A DNA stretch of 64,000 nucleotides from Limnothrix sp. BL-A-16 (GCA_041937175.2 CP166615.1:1728001-1792000), one strand, 5' to 3'; counted from the stretch's first letter, positions 6,617 through 16,616 are shown. Notes: generated by a model from the sequence alone, not told the origin. A program made the numbers and translations.

Positions 6617-9475
6617 CTATGGGGTGAGGTGGGATTGGAGCAGGTCGATCGCCCGGTGCAGGTCGGGGGTTTGGAGGGGCGATCGGGCGATCGCTTGGGA
6701 TGCTTCCAGCACGCCGCCGCGAATCGGCCACATTTCGTTAGGGTTGGGGAGGCTGGCGAGGGTCTGGGTGAGTTGCTCAAAACCGGCTTCGACGTTGCCC
6801 AACAGAATGGACAGGATCGACCAATGGAGTTTTTCTTGATCGTCTGAGTTGGGGCAGAGTTGCAGGCTTTCGGCTAGGAGCGATCGCGCCTGTTCCAAAT
6901 CTGATTGCAGGGCGCGAACGGCGGCCAAGTTAAAGGCCGGCATATAGTAATCGGGTTTGAGTTCTCTGGCTTTCAATAAATAGGCGCTGGCTTCGTCTAG
7001 GAGATCGCTAATTAGGCACAAAAAGCCGAGATTTCCTGGCAAATTGACATCGGTGGGGTCAAGTTCTGCTGCTTTTTGGAAAGTGGCGATCGCCCCAGCA
7101 ATATCCTCTTGCTCGAATTGCAGAATTGCTAAGGTGTAATAGGGCGAAGTAGACGTGTTATCGAGATCGAGATCAATCGCTCGTTGGTAAGCCTCAATTG
7201 CTTCCTCATAGCGTTCTTGGGCTTTTAGAACATCACCCAAATTGCTGAAATCAAAGGCGCGTTCTTCGATGCTGAGAGCTTGTCGATAAGCGGCTTCGGC
7301 TTCGGAATAGCGCTGAAGATTGTTGAGTGCCAAGCCCAGATTGCTGTGGGCATAGACATAGTTTGGGTCAAGCTCGATCGCCCGTTGGTAAGCAGCGATC
7401 ACCTCCTCATGCCGCTTCAGATCGCGATACGCATTACCCAAATTGTAATGATAGTCAGCATCGTTTGGGTCAAGCTCGATCGCCCGTTGGTAAGCAGCGA
7501 TTGCCTCTTCATAGCGCTCTAAATCGCGATACGCAGCACCCAATTCGTTGTGGGCATAGACAAAGTTTGGGTCAAGCTCGATCGCCCGTTGGTAAGCAGC
7601 GATCGCCTCCTCATACCGCTTCAGATTGTAGTACGCAAGACCCAAATTGTAATGGTGACCAGCATTGTTTGAGTCAAGCTCGATCGCCCGTTGAAAAGCA
7701 GAGATCGCCTCCTCATACTGCTTCAGATCGCCATACGCAAGACCCAAATTGTTGTGATAAATAGCTTCATTTGGATCAAGCTCGATCGCCCGTTGGTAAG
7801 CAGCGATCGCCTCCTCATACCGCTTCAGATCGCGATACGCATTACCCAATCTGTTGTGGGAATAGACAAAGTTTGGGTCAAGCTCGATCGCCCGCTGGTA
7901 AGCAGCGATTGCCTCCTCATACCGCTTCAGATCGCGATACGCATTACCCAATCCGTTGTGGGCATAGACAAAGTTTGGGTCAAGCTCGATCGCCCGTTGG
8001 TAAGCAGAGATCGCCTCCTCATACCGCTTCAGATTGTAGTACGCAAGACCCAAATTGTAATGGTGACCAGCATTGTTTGAGTCAAGCTCGATCGCCCGTT
8101 GGTAAGCAGCGATCGCCTCCTCATACCGCTTCAGATCGCGATACGCATTACCCAAATTGCCGTGGGCATAGACATAGTTTGAGTCAAGCTCGATCGCCTG
8201 TTGGTAAGCGGTGATCGCCTCTTCATATTGCTTCAGATCGCGATATATAAGACCCAAAATGTTGTAGCGATTTGCATTTGGCCCGATCTTGATCGCCCGC
8301 TGGAAAGCGTCAATTGCCTCCTCGTACCGCTCAAGATGCCATAGCGCATTGCCTTGGCGTGCCCAAATATAATCGTAGTTAGGCTTACGTTGAACAATAC
8401 GTATGAAGCGGCCAAACATCATTCTATACATTCTTGAGGCAGAAAGAAGATACTTATAACTTTGGAGGTTGGTTATCCGAAAATATTGATAGTAATTAGG
8501 CAGATTTTTGATATATTGAACACTATAGATGATTGCAGTTTTGTACCATTTCAAGTCAAACAAAAACTTATTTCGATTTCTAAAAGCATATTCAAAAACA
8601 TAGTGATACCTAGGTTCAAGCTCAGTGGCTCTTTGATAGATCATCACTGCTTCTTCATATCGACCAAGATGAAACAGTGCATCGCCTTGGGAAAAAGCTG
8701 CAAGATGGTTTTCTGGGTCAAGGTCGAGAACACGAGCAAAATTGATAATTGCTAGTCCATAATTTTGATTATATAAATTCAGTTGACCTGCTTGTAAATA
8801 AAGTTGACTTAACTGATCCGAGTCGCTTGTATTTTTGATTAGATCTTGCAGCTCTAGTAATCTTCTAATACATTCCAACTCTGTTAGTTTTTCATAGCCA
8901 TCTCCTGCCAATGACTCGTCAAGGATCTTTTGATCGATTTCTGATGGTTTTAGGGGAAAACGATAGACTCCCAGCCGCCAATCAAAAAAGTCCGGGGCGC
9001 GTTCGCTCAAATATTGAATCGTAGTGGGCCGACAGCAGACCACAAAGGCACAGGGAAACCGATCGCGCAAGGTTTCCCGCGCCCAATTGAGATGCTGCAA
9101 AATCGGCGGCACACCTCGCCAATCGACATTGTAAATTTGCACCTCGCTCCAGCCCGCCTGCCGCTTTGTGTCTTCATAATCCAACAGGGCTTCATCCAAA
9201 TCCCGCACAAACAACACATCAAATGCCGTCGTTTCTGCGAGAGCTTGCACCCGATCCAGCAATGTTGTGGCCTTGCGATCGAGCACCAATTGAGCAAACC
9301 GTTTTTCGGGAATTTCTCGCCGCAAGCGATCGAATAGCTCCTCATCCTTGTTGCGATCGCCCACTACAAAATGCAGCTCAAACCCCGTTTGCCGCTGGAG
9401 CGATCGCCGCAAATTCTGATAGATTTCCTCCGGTGTTTCCGGTAGCAAATCCTCCTCCTCATCCCAATCCATCAC
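6617..9475 (-). CDS. Large TPR protein with N-terminal degenerate NTPase-like domain (LNWARE...APDFFDW motif)
   Basis: 952-aa ORF with many 34-aa TPR units; N-terminal ~175 aa has alternating helix/strand character, a Walker-B-like VLFVRDLD and no Walker A. Confidence 0.88.
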   Translation of the reverse strand: MMDWDEEEDLLPETPEEIYQNLRRSLQRQTGFELHFVVGDRNKDEELFDRLRREIPEKRFAQLVLDRKATTLLDRVQALAETTAFDVLFVRDLDEALLDYEDTKRQAGWSEVQIYNVDWRGVPPILQHLNWARETLRDRFPCAFVVCCRPTTIQYLSERAPDFFDWRLGVYRFPLKPSEIDQKILDESLAGDGYEKLTELECIRRLLELQDLIKNTSDSDQLSQLYLQAGQLNLYNQNYGLAIINFARVLDLDPENHLAAFSQGDALFHLGRYEEAVMIYQRATELEPRYHYVFEYAFRNRNKFLFDLKWYKTAIIYSVQYIKNLPNYYQYFRITNLQSYKYLLSASRMYRMMFGRFIRIVQRKPNYDYIWARQGNALWHLERYEEAIDAFQRAIKIGPNANRYNILGLIYRDLKQYEEAITAYQQAIELDSNYVYAHGNLGNAYRDLKRYEEAIAAYQRAIELDSNNAGHHYNLGLAYYNLKRYEEAISAYQRAIELDPNFVYAHNGLGNAYRDLKRYEEAIAAYQRAIELDPNFVYSHNRLGNAYRDLKRYEEAIAAYQRAIELDPNEAIYHNNLGLAYGDLKQYEEAISAFQRAIELDSNNAGHHYNLGLAYYNLKRYEEAIAAYQRAIELDPNFVYAHNELGAAYRDLERYEEAIAAYQRAIELDPNDADYHYNLGNAYRDLKRHEEVIAAYQRAIELDPNYVYAHSNLGLALNNLQRYSEAEAAYRQALSIEERAFDFSNLGDVLKAQERYEEAIEAYQRAIDLDLDNTSTSPYYTLAILQFEQEDIAGAIATFQKAAELDPTDVNLPGNLGFLCLISDLLDEASAYLLKARELKPDYYMPAFNLAAVRALQSDLEQARSLLAESLQLCPNSDDQEKLHWSILSILLGNVEAGFEQLTQTLASLPNPNEMWPIRGGVLEASQAIARSPLQTPDLHRAIDLLQSHLTP
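7262..8281 (-). repeat. Tandem array of ten 102-bp TPR-coding repeats
   Basis: Near-identical units (...TCAAGCTCGATCGCCCGTTGGTAAGCAGCGATCGCCTCCTCATACCGCTTCAGAT...). The NYVYAH codons at 8179 and 7363 are exactly 8 x 102 bp apart. Confidence 0.95.
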
Positions 9476-10904
9476 CCATTCCCTCCCTCACCATTTGGCC
9501 CAGCCGCCCACGCTACAGACAGCAGCTCAGACAAGGGGCTTAAGCCCCTTGCCCCCGTGAGTTTGATGCTTGAAACGCATCCCAACGCTGCTTAAATTCC
9601 TTGGAACTCCGAATCAACGGATGCACCGCCGCCCAGGTGATTTTATCGTCGTTTTCCTCATCCCATTCGCGATATTCCAACACACACAATCGAAACAGCA
9701 AATTGCGACAGCGATCTTCACATTCGTTGCGGCTGTCCTTGTGTTGTTCCACAGCCATCAACGCTTCCCAATCCTCAAACCGGATTGCATCCATATAGGT
9801 TTCTCGCGCTTCGGTGATCGCCCGTTGCACCGTCTTCGAGCCGATCGGTAATGCATCCACCCGCTTCAACGATTCCTGCACCAATCGCATCAACTCGCGC
9901 ATGTGGCCACCGCTGGCCAAACACAATCGCTTCACGGCTTCTTCTTCCGCAAAAATATCAGGAACCAGCGATCGCCCGGGAGCCGCTTTGGCCACTCGCC
10001 GCGTCAACACATCGCGCAATTTCCCATAGCCATCGTCCAACATTTGATGATCCCGATCGGCGATCGCCACCATTGGCAACCGCTCCACCCCGTCATATTC
10101 ATCCCGCAACCGCGACGCACTCGCCGAAAAGACAAAGGACACGGGCGCTGTATAAATCATGTGGCAATTCAGGGCTTTTAGGGAATCAGCCCGATCGAGA
10201 AAAATTTCATCATGATTCGTGCGGCCATCGGGGCGATCGACCGGTGAAATCCGATCCAAGTTGTCCGCCATGACGACCAAATCGCGCTTGCCTGCGGGCA
10301 GTTTTTGGCGTGCATTGGCAATCAATTGATTGAGCGCCGCTTCCAAGCTTTCCGTTTGATCGCGCATCAATTTCCGCACTTGATCGCGCTTTTGGGGTTC
10401 CAATCGCACCGCCGTGGTCAGCTTGGCAAACTGACTGAGTTGCAGCTCCACATTGGTTTTCAGCTCATCAATTTTGATATCCGCTGAAAGGATCGTTTTC
10501 AGATCATCCATCGATTTGCTAATCCATTGGGCGATCGGCTGGGAATCGAGTCCTTCTAGGCTCTTGAGTCCGTCAATAATGTTGCGCGCACAGGCCAGCA
10601 AAATATCCGCATATTCCGTATCTTTCAGGTTCAAATCACCCGCATCGTCCGTCGCCGCTGCGAAATACACCACAAAAAAGCCGCGCTCTTCTAGCCACTG
10701 TTTCAGCTTTTTCAGTTCCGTGGATTTGCCGCCGCCGCGATGACCAGAATAGATTTGGCAGGTTTTGCGCTGGGCATCGGTAATCGTGCGGCCCAAGTCC
10801 ACGGTGATGTCATCGTCGCCCCGCACCGAGGTGCAATCCACATAGACCGGATCGCCCGGCTCCAGCGGCCGCGACGGATCGAACTCATGCTTGAGCTGGA
10901 CAAT

Positions 10905-11807
10905 AGACCTCTTGCACGAATCAAATTGGATGTGCCGCTTGGTAGTTGAGCAACCCAGCTAACAGATGGAGCCTCAAGCCAAAACGGCGACGACGATTGC
11001 GATAGCGTTCTGAGAAGATCCGAAATCGCTTCAAGCGACGAATGGCGTGCTCAATCCGAATGCGCACCGCCGCTAACGCCTGATTGCAAGCTTTTTCCTC
11101 GTCAGGCAGGCACTTTCGAGGTGGTTTCCGTTTCGGAAGGATCGTGGCTTCATGGTGACGAGCTAGCCCTTGATACCCACTATCCGCTAGACACAGCCGG
11201 TCTGGGGCTAGGCGAAACGCGCTCTCACGCCAAAGTCGCAGGTCATGGGTGCGACCTCGACCGATTGCCACCGCTAGGAATTGACCGGAGCGCCAATCAA
11301 TCACCAATTGCCCTTTCAACGTATGCCGCTTTTGCTTACCGCTGTAGTAAGCTCGCTGTTTTTTTTGGGCGTTCAATGGCGACTTCGGTCACATCAATCA
11401 CCACCACTGACTCGTCGGTTTCGGGGTCTAAGAGACGGCGTTTGCCGGGCAAGGCAAACCGACCACTTTTGACCAAGACGGTCTCAACACGGTTGATGAT
11501 CCGACAGACGGTGGCTTCTGAGACCCCGAAATCGAGACCGATGTGGAATTGGGTGCGATACTCGCGCCAGTATTGCAGGGTTAGCAGAAGCTGATTCTCA
11601 ACACTCAGACTATTTTGGCCCCCGCGTTTGCCACTCCGGTCTAGGGCGGGGCGGAGGACTTCCAGCATGGCTTGGAAGGTGGAGCGACTGAAGCCACAGG
11701 CACGGCGAAACTGTGATGGGGGCAGCGAGGCGAGGCTTTTGTAGAGCATCTCCCGATCAGGGTGACGACGACTTTCTACACTACTGCTTTATTCGTGCAA
11801 GAGGTCT
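10905..11807 (-). mobile_element. IS5-family insertion sequence (ISL2/IS702-like), 903 bp
   Basis: Perfect 17-bp TIRs AGACCTCTTGCACGAAT (10905-10921) / ATTCGTGCAAGAGGTCT (11791-11807); AAT target duplication at 10902-10904 and 11808-11810. Confidence 0.93.
10921..11749 (-). CDS. IS5-family DDE transposase in two overlapping frames (probable programmed frameshift)
   Basis: ORF-A 11336..11749 (LLLTLQYWREYRTQFHIG...VVIDVTEVAIERPKK) and ORF-B 10921..11376 (YYSGKQKRHTLK, LADSGYQG, RIRIEH), joined at an A8 run (T8 at 11359-11366 on + strand). Confidence 0.9.
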
Positions 11808-11885
11808 AATGATCGGAAATTCTGGGCTAAACACGTCAACGGCTACCAACACAACTCGCCCCGATTGTAGCCAAGTCGATCGCCC

Positions 11886-13472
11886 CTAGTGACCACCGGT
11901 TGTTGCTTGGCCCTTGCGGCCCTTGCCCAGCAACAACAACAGCGGCAACGAAGCCAAAAACACCATCCCCACCACCCAAAACGTATCGGCAAACGACAAA
12001 ATCGACGATTGCAAACTGAGAACGCGATCGAGCGAGGCGATCGCCTGTTGGTGCGCCGTGGTGGGGTCAATGCCGCGACCTTGAAACGCGCCGGTCAGGG
12101 CATCGAGCCGCCCTTGGGTTTCGGGGTTATACAGACTCAAGTGCTCACTCAACACACTGCGGTGAAACGCATTGCGCTGATCCAATAGCGTCGTCAAAAT
12201 CGCGATGCCAATGCTGCCGCCCAATTGCCGCGTCAGGTTATAAAACCCCGACCCGGCGGGAATGTCAGCCGGGGGCAACGAACCGAGGGTCGCCAAACTC
12301 AGGGGCAAAAACATCATCACCGTGCCCACCCCCCGAAAAATCAGCGGATAAAACAACGAATCGCTGCTGGAGTCGGGGTTGAGGGTCGCCAGGGAAAACA
12401 TCACGCCGCTGGTCATGACGCTGCCCGCCGCGATCGCCCAGCGGGGATCGATGAAACTGCTGACTTTGCCCAGGAGCATCATCGTGGCGGCGGAGGCCAG
12501 GGCCCCCGGCAACAGCAACAGGCCCGTTTGCTGGGCGGTGTAGTGCAACACGCTCTGGGCAAAAATCGGCACGGCGAACAAGGTTCCATACAGCCCCATG
12601 CCCACCACGGCGGAATAGACACTGCCCGCCGCAAGCGATCGATGGCGCAACACGCGCAAGTCCACGGCCGGGTGGCGCACGGTCAGTTCCCGCCAAATAA
12701 ACAGGGCTAGCCCAACGATCGCGGCGATCGCCAGGACGATGATCGTGGGCGATTCAAACCAGTTGTCCTGCTCCCCTTCTTCCAGGAAGGTTTGCAAGCT
12801 GCCCACGGCGATCGTTAGCAGGGCAATCCCCCACCAATCAACCGATCGACGTGGGCCGGAGCGATCGGGCGGGCGATCGGCGGGCAAAAACAGCAGGGCC
12901 ATCACCACCGCCGCGATGCCGAAGGGAATATTAATGAAGAAAATCCAGCGCCACCCGAGGGTATCGGTCAAATAGCCGCCGAGGGTCGGGCCGATCGCCG
13001 GGCCCGTAATCACGCCGACCCCGAAGACCGCTTGGGCCAGGCCCTGTTCGGCGGGCGGAAAGCTCTGAAACAAAATCGATTGGGCCTTGGCCAGCAAGCC
13101 GCCCCCCAGCAACCCTTGCAAGATTCGGGCGGCCACCAGCTCGGTCAAACTGCCGGACAGGCCGCAGAGGATCGAGGCGATCGTGAAGCCCGCCAGCGAG
13201 AGGACGAAATAGCGCTTTTGGCCAAAGGTTTCGCCCAGCCAAGCCGTCAGGGGAATCACGATCACGTTGGCGATCGCGTAGCCCGTGACGATCCAGCCAA
13301 TTTCGCTGAGGGTGGCCCCGACGCTGGATTGGATATCGGTCAGGGCGACGTTGACGATGCTGGTGTCGATCACTTCCAGGATTGCGCCTAGGGAAGCGGT
13401 GGCGGCGATCGCCCATTTCACCCAGCCGGTGGGATAGGCCGGGGCGATCGCGGGATGGGAGGTTGCACTCAT
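11886..13472 (-). CDS. emrB: DHA2-family MFS efflux permease (EmrB/QacA-like)
   Basis: LEVIDTSIVNVAL, WIVTGY, GPAIGPTLGGYL, WRWIFFINIP, VDWWG motifs; many TM helices. Confidence 0.9.
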   Translation of the reverse strand: MSATSHPAIAPAYPTGWVKWAIAATASLGAILEVIDTSIVNVALTDIQSSVGATLSEIGWIVTGYAIANVIVIPLTAWLGETFGQKRYFVLSLAGFTIASILCGLSGSLTELVAARILQGLLGGGLLAKAQSILFQSFPPAEQGLAQAVFGVGVITGPAIGPTLGGYLTDTLGWRWIFFINIPFGIAAVVMALLFLPADRPPDRSGPRRSVDWWGIALLTIAVGSLQTFLEEGEQDNWFESPTIIVLAIAAIVGLALFIWRELTVRHPAVDLRVLRHRSLAAGSVYSAVVGMGLYGTLFAVPIFAQSVLHYTAQQTGLLLLPGALASAATMMLLGKVSSFIDPRWAIAAGSVMTSGVMFSLATLNPDSSSDSLFYPLIFRGVGTVMMFLPLSLATLGSLPPADIPAGSGFYNLTRQLGGSIGIAILTTLLDQRNAFHRSVLSEHLSLYNPETQGRLDALTGAFQGRGIDPTTAHQQAIASLDRVLSLQSSILSFADTFWVVGMVFLASLPLLLLLGKGRKGQATTGGH

Positions 13473-13484
13473 GGGGCCTGGCTC

Positions 13485-14846
13485 CTAGCGCAAGGCCACG
13501 CTGACATTGGCGGACATGCCCGGCGTGACCTGGGCTTCGTAGCCGCGCAAGCTGTCGGGGTCGATCGCAATCCGCACGGGAATCCGCTGCACCACTTTGG
13601 TGAAATTGCCCGTGGCGTTGTCCGGTGGCAGCAGGGCAAATTGCGCACCGGAGGCGGGGGCCAGGCTTTCCACCCGGCCGTGGAACGGGTGATCAGGAAA
13701 GGCATCGAGCCGAATCTCGACCGCTTCGCCGGGATGCATCCGCTGCACTTGGGTTTCTTTGAAGTTGGCTTCGATCCAGAGTTGATCCCCGACGATCGCC
13801 ATTAGGGGCTGGCCCGCCTGCACCTGTGCGCCCACTTCCACGGATTTGCGGCCAATCCGGCCGCTGACGGGGGCAACGATCGTCGTGTAGGACAACTGCA
13901 ACTGGGCAGCGCGCAGGTCGGCGGCCTGGCGGGCAATTTGGGCCGTGGCGGCGGCGTAGCGATCGCGGTTCACCTGGGTTTGGTTGCCGGTGGCGCGGGC
14001 CTGTTGCACATCCCCCTGGCGCGATTGGCGGGTGGCCTTGGCCCGATCGACCCCTTGGCGGGCCTGGGCCACGCGGGCGATCGCCTGTTGCACCTGTTGG
14101 CGGGCGGCGGCGGTTTGAGCCAGGGCCACATCGTAGGCCGCCTTGGCCGCATCCCGTTGCTGGGCGGCGATCGCCCCGTCTTGGTAGAGCGCATTGTAGC
14201 GATCGAAGTCCGCCTTCGCTTTGGTCAGGGCCGCTTGGGCCTGGGCCAAATTGGCCTGCGCCACCGGTACGCCTGCGCTGGCTTCATTCAAGGCTGCCTC
14301 GGCATTGGCGATCGCGGCGGTGGCATCGTTCAGGTCACCCCGCGCCGTGGTCAGTTGGGCGGCGGTGTTGGCTCCGGCCAGGGCGATCGAAGATTGGGCC
14401 GCCCGGGCATCCTGCTGGGCCGCCACCAGGGCCGCCTGGGATTGCTGCATCTTCACTTGATAGTCCGTCGGGTCGAGGCGCACCAACACTGAACCCGCCG
14501 CCACATGCTGGTTTTCCTCGATCGCCACCGCCGTTACTGTGCCCGGCACGCGGCTGGCCACTTGATAAAGATGGCCCGCCACCTGGGCGTTGTCCGTTTC
14601 CTCGTGAGTGGAGGCGTATTGCCAAAACTGCCAAGCCCAACGACTGCCCGCGATCGCCCCGGCCGCCACCAGCACCAAGACGATCGCCAGGCCGATCGGG
14701 TGACGCTTTTGGGGCGCAGGCTCGGGCGTGGGGTCAATGGTTGGGGCGATCGGGCGATCGGTTTCGGGCGCTTCGATCGGCTCCAGCTTGGTCACGGGCG
14801 GCTGAGAGCCATTGCGATCAATGTCATTCATCAACTGGGGTTTCAC
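13485..14846 (-). CDS. emrA: HlyD/EmrA-family membrane fusion protein
   Basis: ETDNAQV, long coiled coil, ANFKETQ, FALLPPDNATGNFTKVVQRIPVRI. Confidence 0.92.
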   Translation of the reverse strand: MKPQLMNDIDRNGSQPPVTKLEPIEAPETDRPIAPTIDPTPEPAPQKRHPIGLAIVLVLVAAGAIAGSRWAWQFWQYASTHEETDNAQVAGHLYQVASRVPGTVTAVAIEENQHVAAGSVLVRLDPTDYQVKMQQSQAALVAAQQDARAAQSSIALAGANTAAQLTTARGDLNDATAAIANAEAALNEASAGVPVAQANLAQAQAALTKAKADFDRYNALYQDGAIAAQQRDAAKAAYDVALAQTAAARQQVQQAIARVAQARQGVDRAKATRQSRQGDVQQARATGNQTQVNRDRYAAATAQIARQAADLRAAQLQLSYTTIVAPVSGRIGRKSVEVGAQVQAGQPLMAIVGDQLWIEANFKETQVQRMHPGEAVEIRLDAFPDHPFHGRVESLAPASGAQFALLPPDNATGNFTKVVQRIPVRIAIDPDSLRGYEAQVTPGMSANVSVALR

Positions 14847-14973
14847 AATCTCTAACCTCCGTGGAACAGTGAAATGGCGGATTATTACGGGTGTTTTTAT
14901 TTCGTATGCGTATTATTGGGCCGATTAATTAGAGGGCGGTGGGTATTGCCCACCCTACTAGTGGGTTCTGGAT

Positions 14974-15450
14974 TTAGTCGGATCGGATCAAATTGCCGAT
15001 CGCCCGATCGACTAAATCGGACATCAGTTGGCGATCGGGTTCGGAAAATCCATGCAGGGTTTCCTCGCGCATTTGCACCGCGATCGGCGGCAAAATTTCT
15101 CGCATTTGCCAACCCAGATCCGTCAGCCAAATCCGCCAGACGCGCCGATCATGGCAGTCGCGCTCCCGCCGAATCAGGCCGCGCTCTTCCATCCGATCGA
15201 GTGCGCCGGTCATCGTCCCGCCCACCTGCCGCAGCCGATCGCCGATCGCGCAGGTGGCCAGTCCGTCTTGATCCCACAGGCAACAGAGCACCACCCAGTG
15301 AAACGGCGTGAGGCCATGGGGTTCCAGCAGTTCTTGAAACCGCCGTCCCATCAGTTGCGACAGCAGCCGGATCCGATAGCCCAGGCCATTGGGAGCCAAG
15401 ACTTCTCGCCAAGGCGCAGTGGAAAGGGCCGATCGAGCAGTGGCGTTCAT
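14974..15450 (-). CDS. MarR-family regulator
   Basis: GLTPFHWVVLCCLW...TMTGALDRMEERGLIRRER...DRRVWRIWLT; upstream of emrAB. Confidence 0.92.
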   Translation of the reverse strand: MNATARSALSTAPWREVLAPNGLGYRIRLLSQLMGRRFQELLEPHGLTPFHWVVLCCLWDQDGLATCAIGDRLRQVGGTMTGALDRMEERGLIRRERDCHDRRVWRIWLTDLGWQMREILPPIAVQMREETLHGFSEPDRQLMSDLVDRAIGNLIRSD

Positions 15451-15470
15451 GGGAAAACCGCAAACATGAT

Positions 15471-15505
15471 TTATTTCGTGTACTAACTATTTAAGCACGA
15501 AATAA
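15471..15505. promoter_or_regulatory. Putative MarR operator (inverted repeat)
   Basis: TTATTTCGTG-N15-CACGAAATAA 20 bp upstream of marR; a related half-site TTATTTCGTA lies at ~14897 upstream of emrA. Confidence 0.55.
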
Positions 15506-15636
15506 AATTCCGAGTATGACCCGATCTCCGTTGACCATCCGAGCCATGATGAGGTGCTTAGGATCAGGGATGATCACCCCCGATCGCCCCTAAGCCTTGG
15601 CTACAATCCGATCGAGCTGCTCGATCGCCCTGACCT

Positions 15637-16224
15637 ATGCCGCCGATCCTTGCTGAAGCCCTAACCCTGCGACCGCTGCAAGTGCGCGATTATCAATGCC
15701 TGATTGATCAGGGTTGTTTTGGCCCGGAAGAACATATTGAATTGCTCAATGGTCAACTGATTCAAATGGCTGCTAAGGAAACCCGCCATGCCGCCGCTGT
15801 CAGTCGTTTGGCGCGGCTGCTGGGTCGGCAATTGGGCGAAACGGTGCTGATTCGGCTGCAAGACCCGATCGCCCTGAATGATCAGTCCCAACCTGAACCC
15901 GACCTGGCGATCATCCGGCCCCATCCCCTCGACTATGCCGACCATCACCCCACCCCAGCGGAAATCCATTGGCTGATTGAAGTGGCGGATAGCACCCTCA
16001 CCTACAACACCCAAACCAAGGCCCGTGCCTATGCCCAAGCGGGTTTAGGGGATTATTGGGTGCTGGATTTACCGGGCGATCGGCTCTGGGTGTTCCGCAA
16101 TCCGAACCAGGCGGGCTATGGACTGGTTATGCAGCTCGATCGCGCCCAATCGATCGCCCCGATCGCCTTTCCGAATTGCACTTGGCCCCTGGCGGACTTG
16201 CTGCCGATCGCCTCGGACTCTTGA
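15637..16224 (+). CDS. Uma2 family endonuclease-fold protein
   Basis: IELLNGQL, QPEPDL, LIEVADSTL, KARAYAQAG..DYWVLDL. Confidence 0.9.
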   Translation: MPPILAEALTLRPLQVRDYQCLIDQGCFGPEEHIELLNGQLIQMAAKETRHAAAVSRLARLLGRQLGETVLIRLQDPIALNDQSQPEPDLAIIRPHPLDYADHHPTPAEIHWLIEVADSTLTYNTQTKARAYAQAGLGDYWVLDLPGDRLWVFRNPNQAGYGLVMQLDRAQSIAPIAFPNCTWPLADLLPIASDS

Positions 16225-16280
16225 GCAACCTGGGCCAAGGGGCGTTAGGCTGGGCAAGAGCGCGGCCAAGGAACCTCAAA

Positions 16281-16616
16281 ATGGCACTGGAATCGATCGA
16301 ACGGGCGGAAACGGTGGAGCGAGCGACCCTGCTGGCGGGGTTCCATGCCCTGGGCGATCCGATTCGGTTGGGGGCGATCGAACATTTGCGGCAGGGCGAA
16401 TTGTGCGTGTGCGACCTCTGCGAACTGCTGGGGGTCAGCCAATCAAAGCTGTCGTTTCACCTGAAAGTGCTTCGGGAAGCGGGCTTGATTGAAGTGCGCC
16501 AGGACGGCCGCTGGAACTATTACCGGCTGAATCCGGCGGGCTTTGAGCGTTTAGAGCAATATTTAACGAGTTTTGCGGGGTTGGTGATTACGGGCGATCG
16601 CGCCGCCTGTTCCTAG
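16281..16616 (+). CDS. arsR: ArsR/SmtB metalloregulator
   Basis: FHALGDPIRL...GELCVCDLCE...SQSKLSFHLKVLREAGL; directly upstream of acr3-arsC. Confidence 0.9.
   Translation: MALESIERAETVERATLLAGFHALGDPIRLGAIEHLRQGELCVCDLCELLGVSQSKLSFHLKVLREAGLIEVRQDGRWNYYRLNPAGFERLEQYLTSFAGLVITGDRAACS

Larger units (their letters stand above)
9540..11834 (-). pseudogene. STAND-like P-loop ATPase interrupted near its N-terminus by an IS5-family element
   Basis: Walker A GHRGGGKS, Walker B VVMADNLDR, SGGHMR motif, C-terminal VHPLI. Removing the IS plus one AAT restores an in-frame MFSPEFPIIVQLKHEFDPSRPLEPGDPVYVDC... from GTG 11834 (or 11852). Confidence 0.85.

Noticed and set aside
7262..8281. TPR variation as diversity-generating retroelement output
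   Set aside because: No reverse transcriptase or template repeat in the window, and differences are not confined to adenines (e.g. AAT vs GGA/AGA/GAA)
11336..11376. Transposase frameshift as pseudogenisation
   Set aside because: The shift falls on an A8 run at the ERPKK junction typical of programmed frameshifting in this IS group, and TIRs and target duplication are intact
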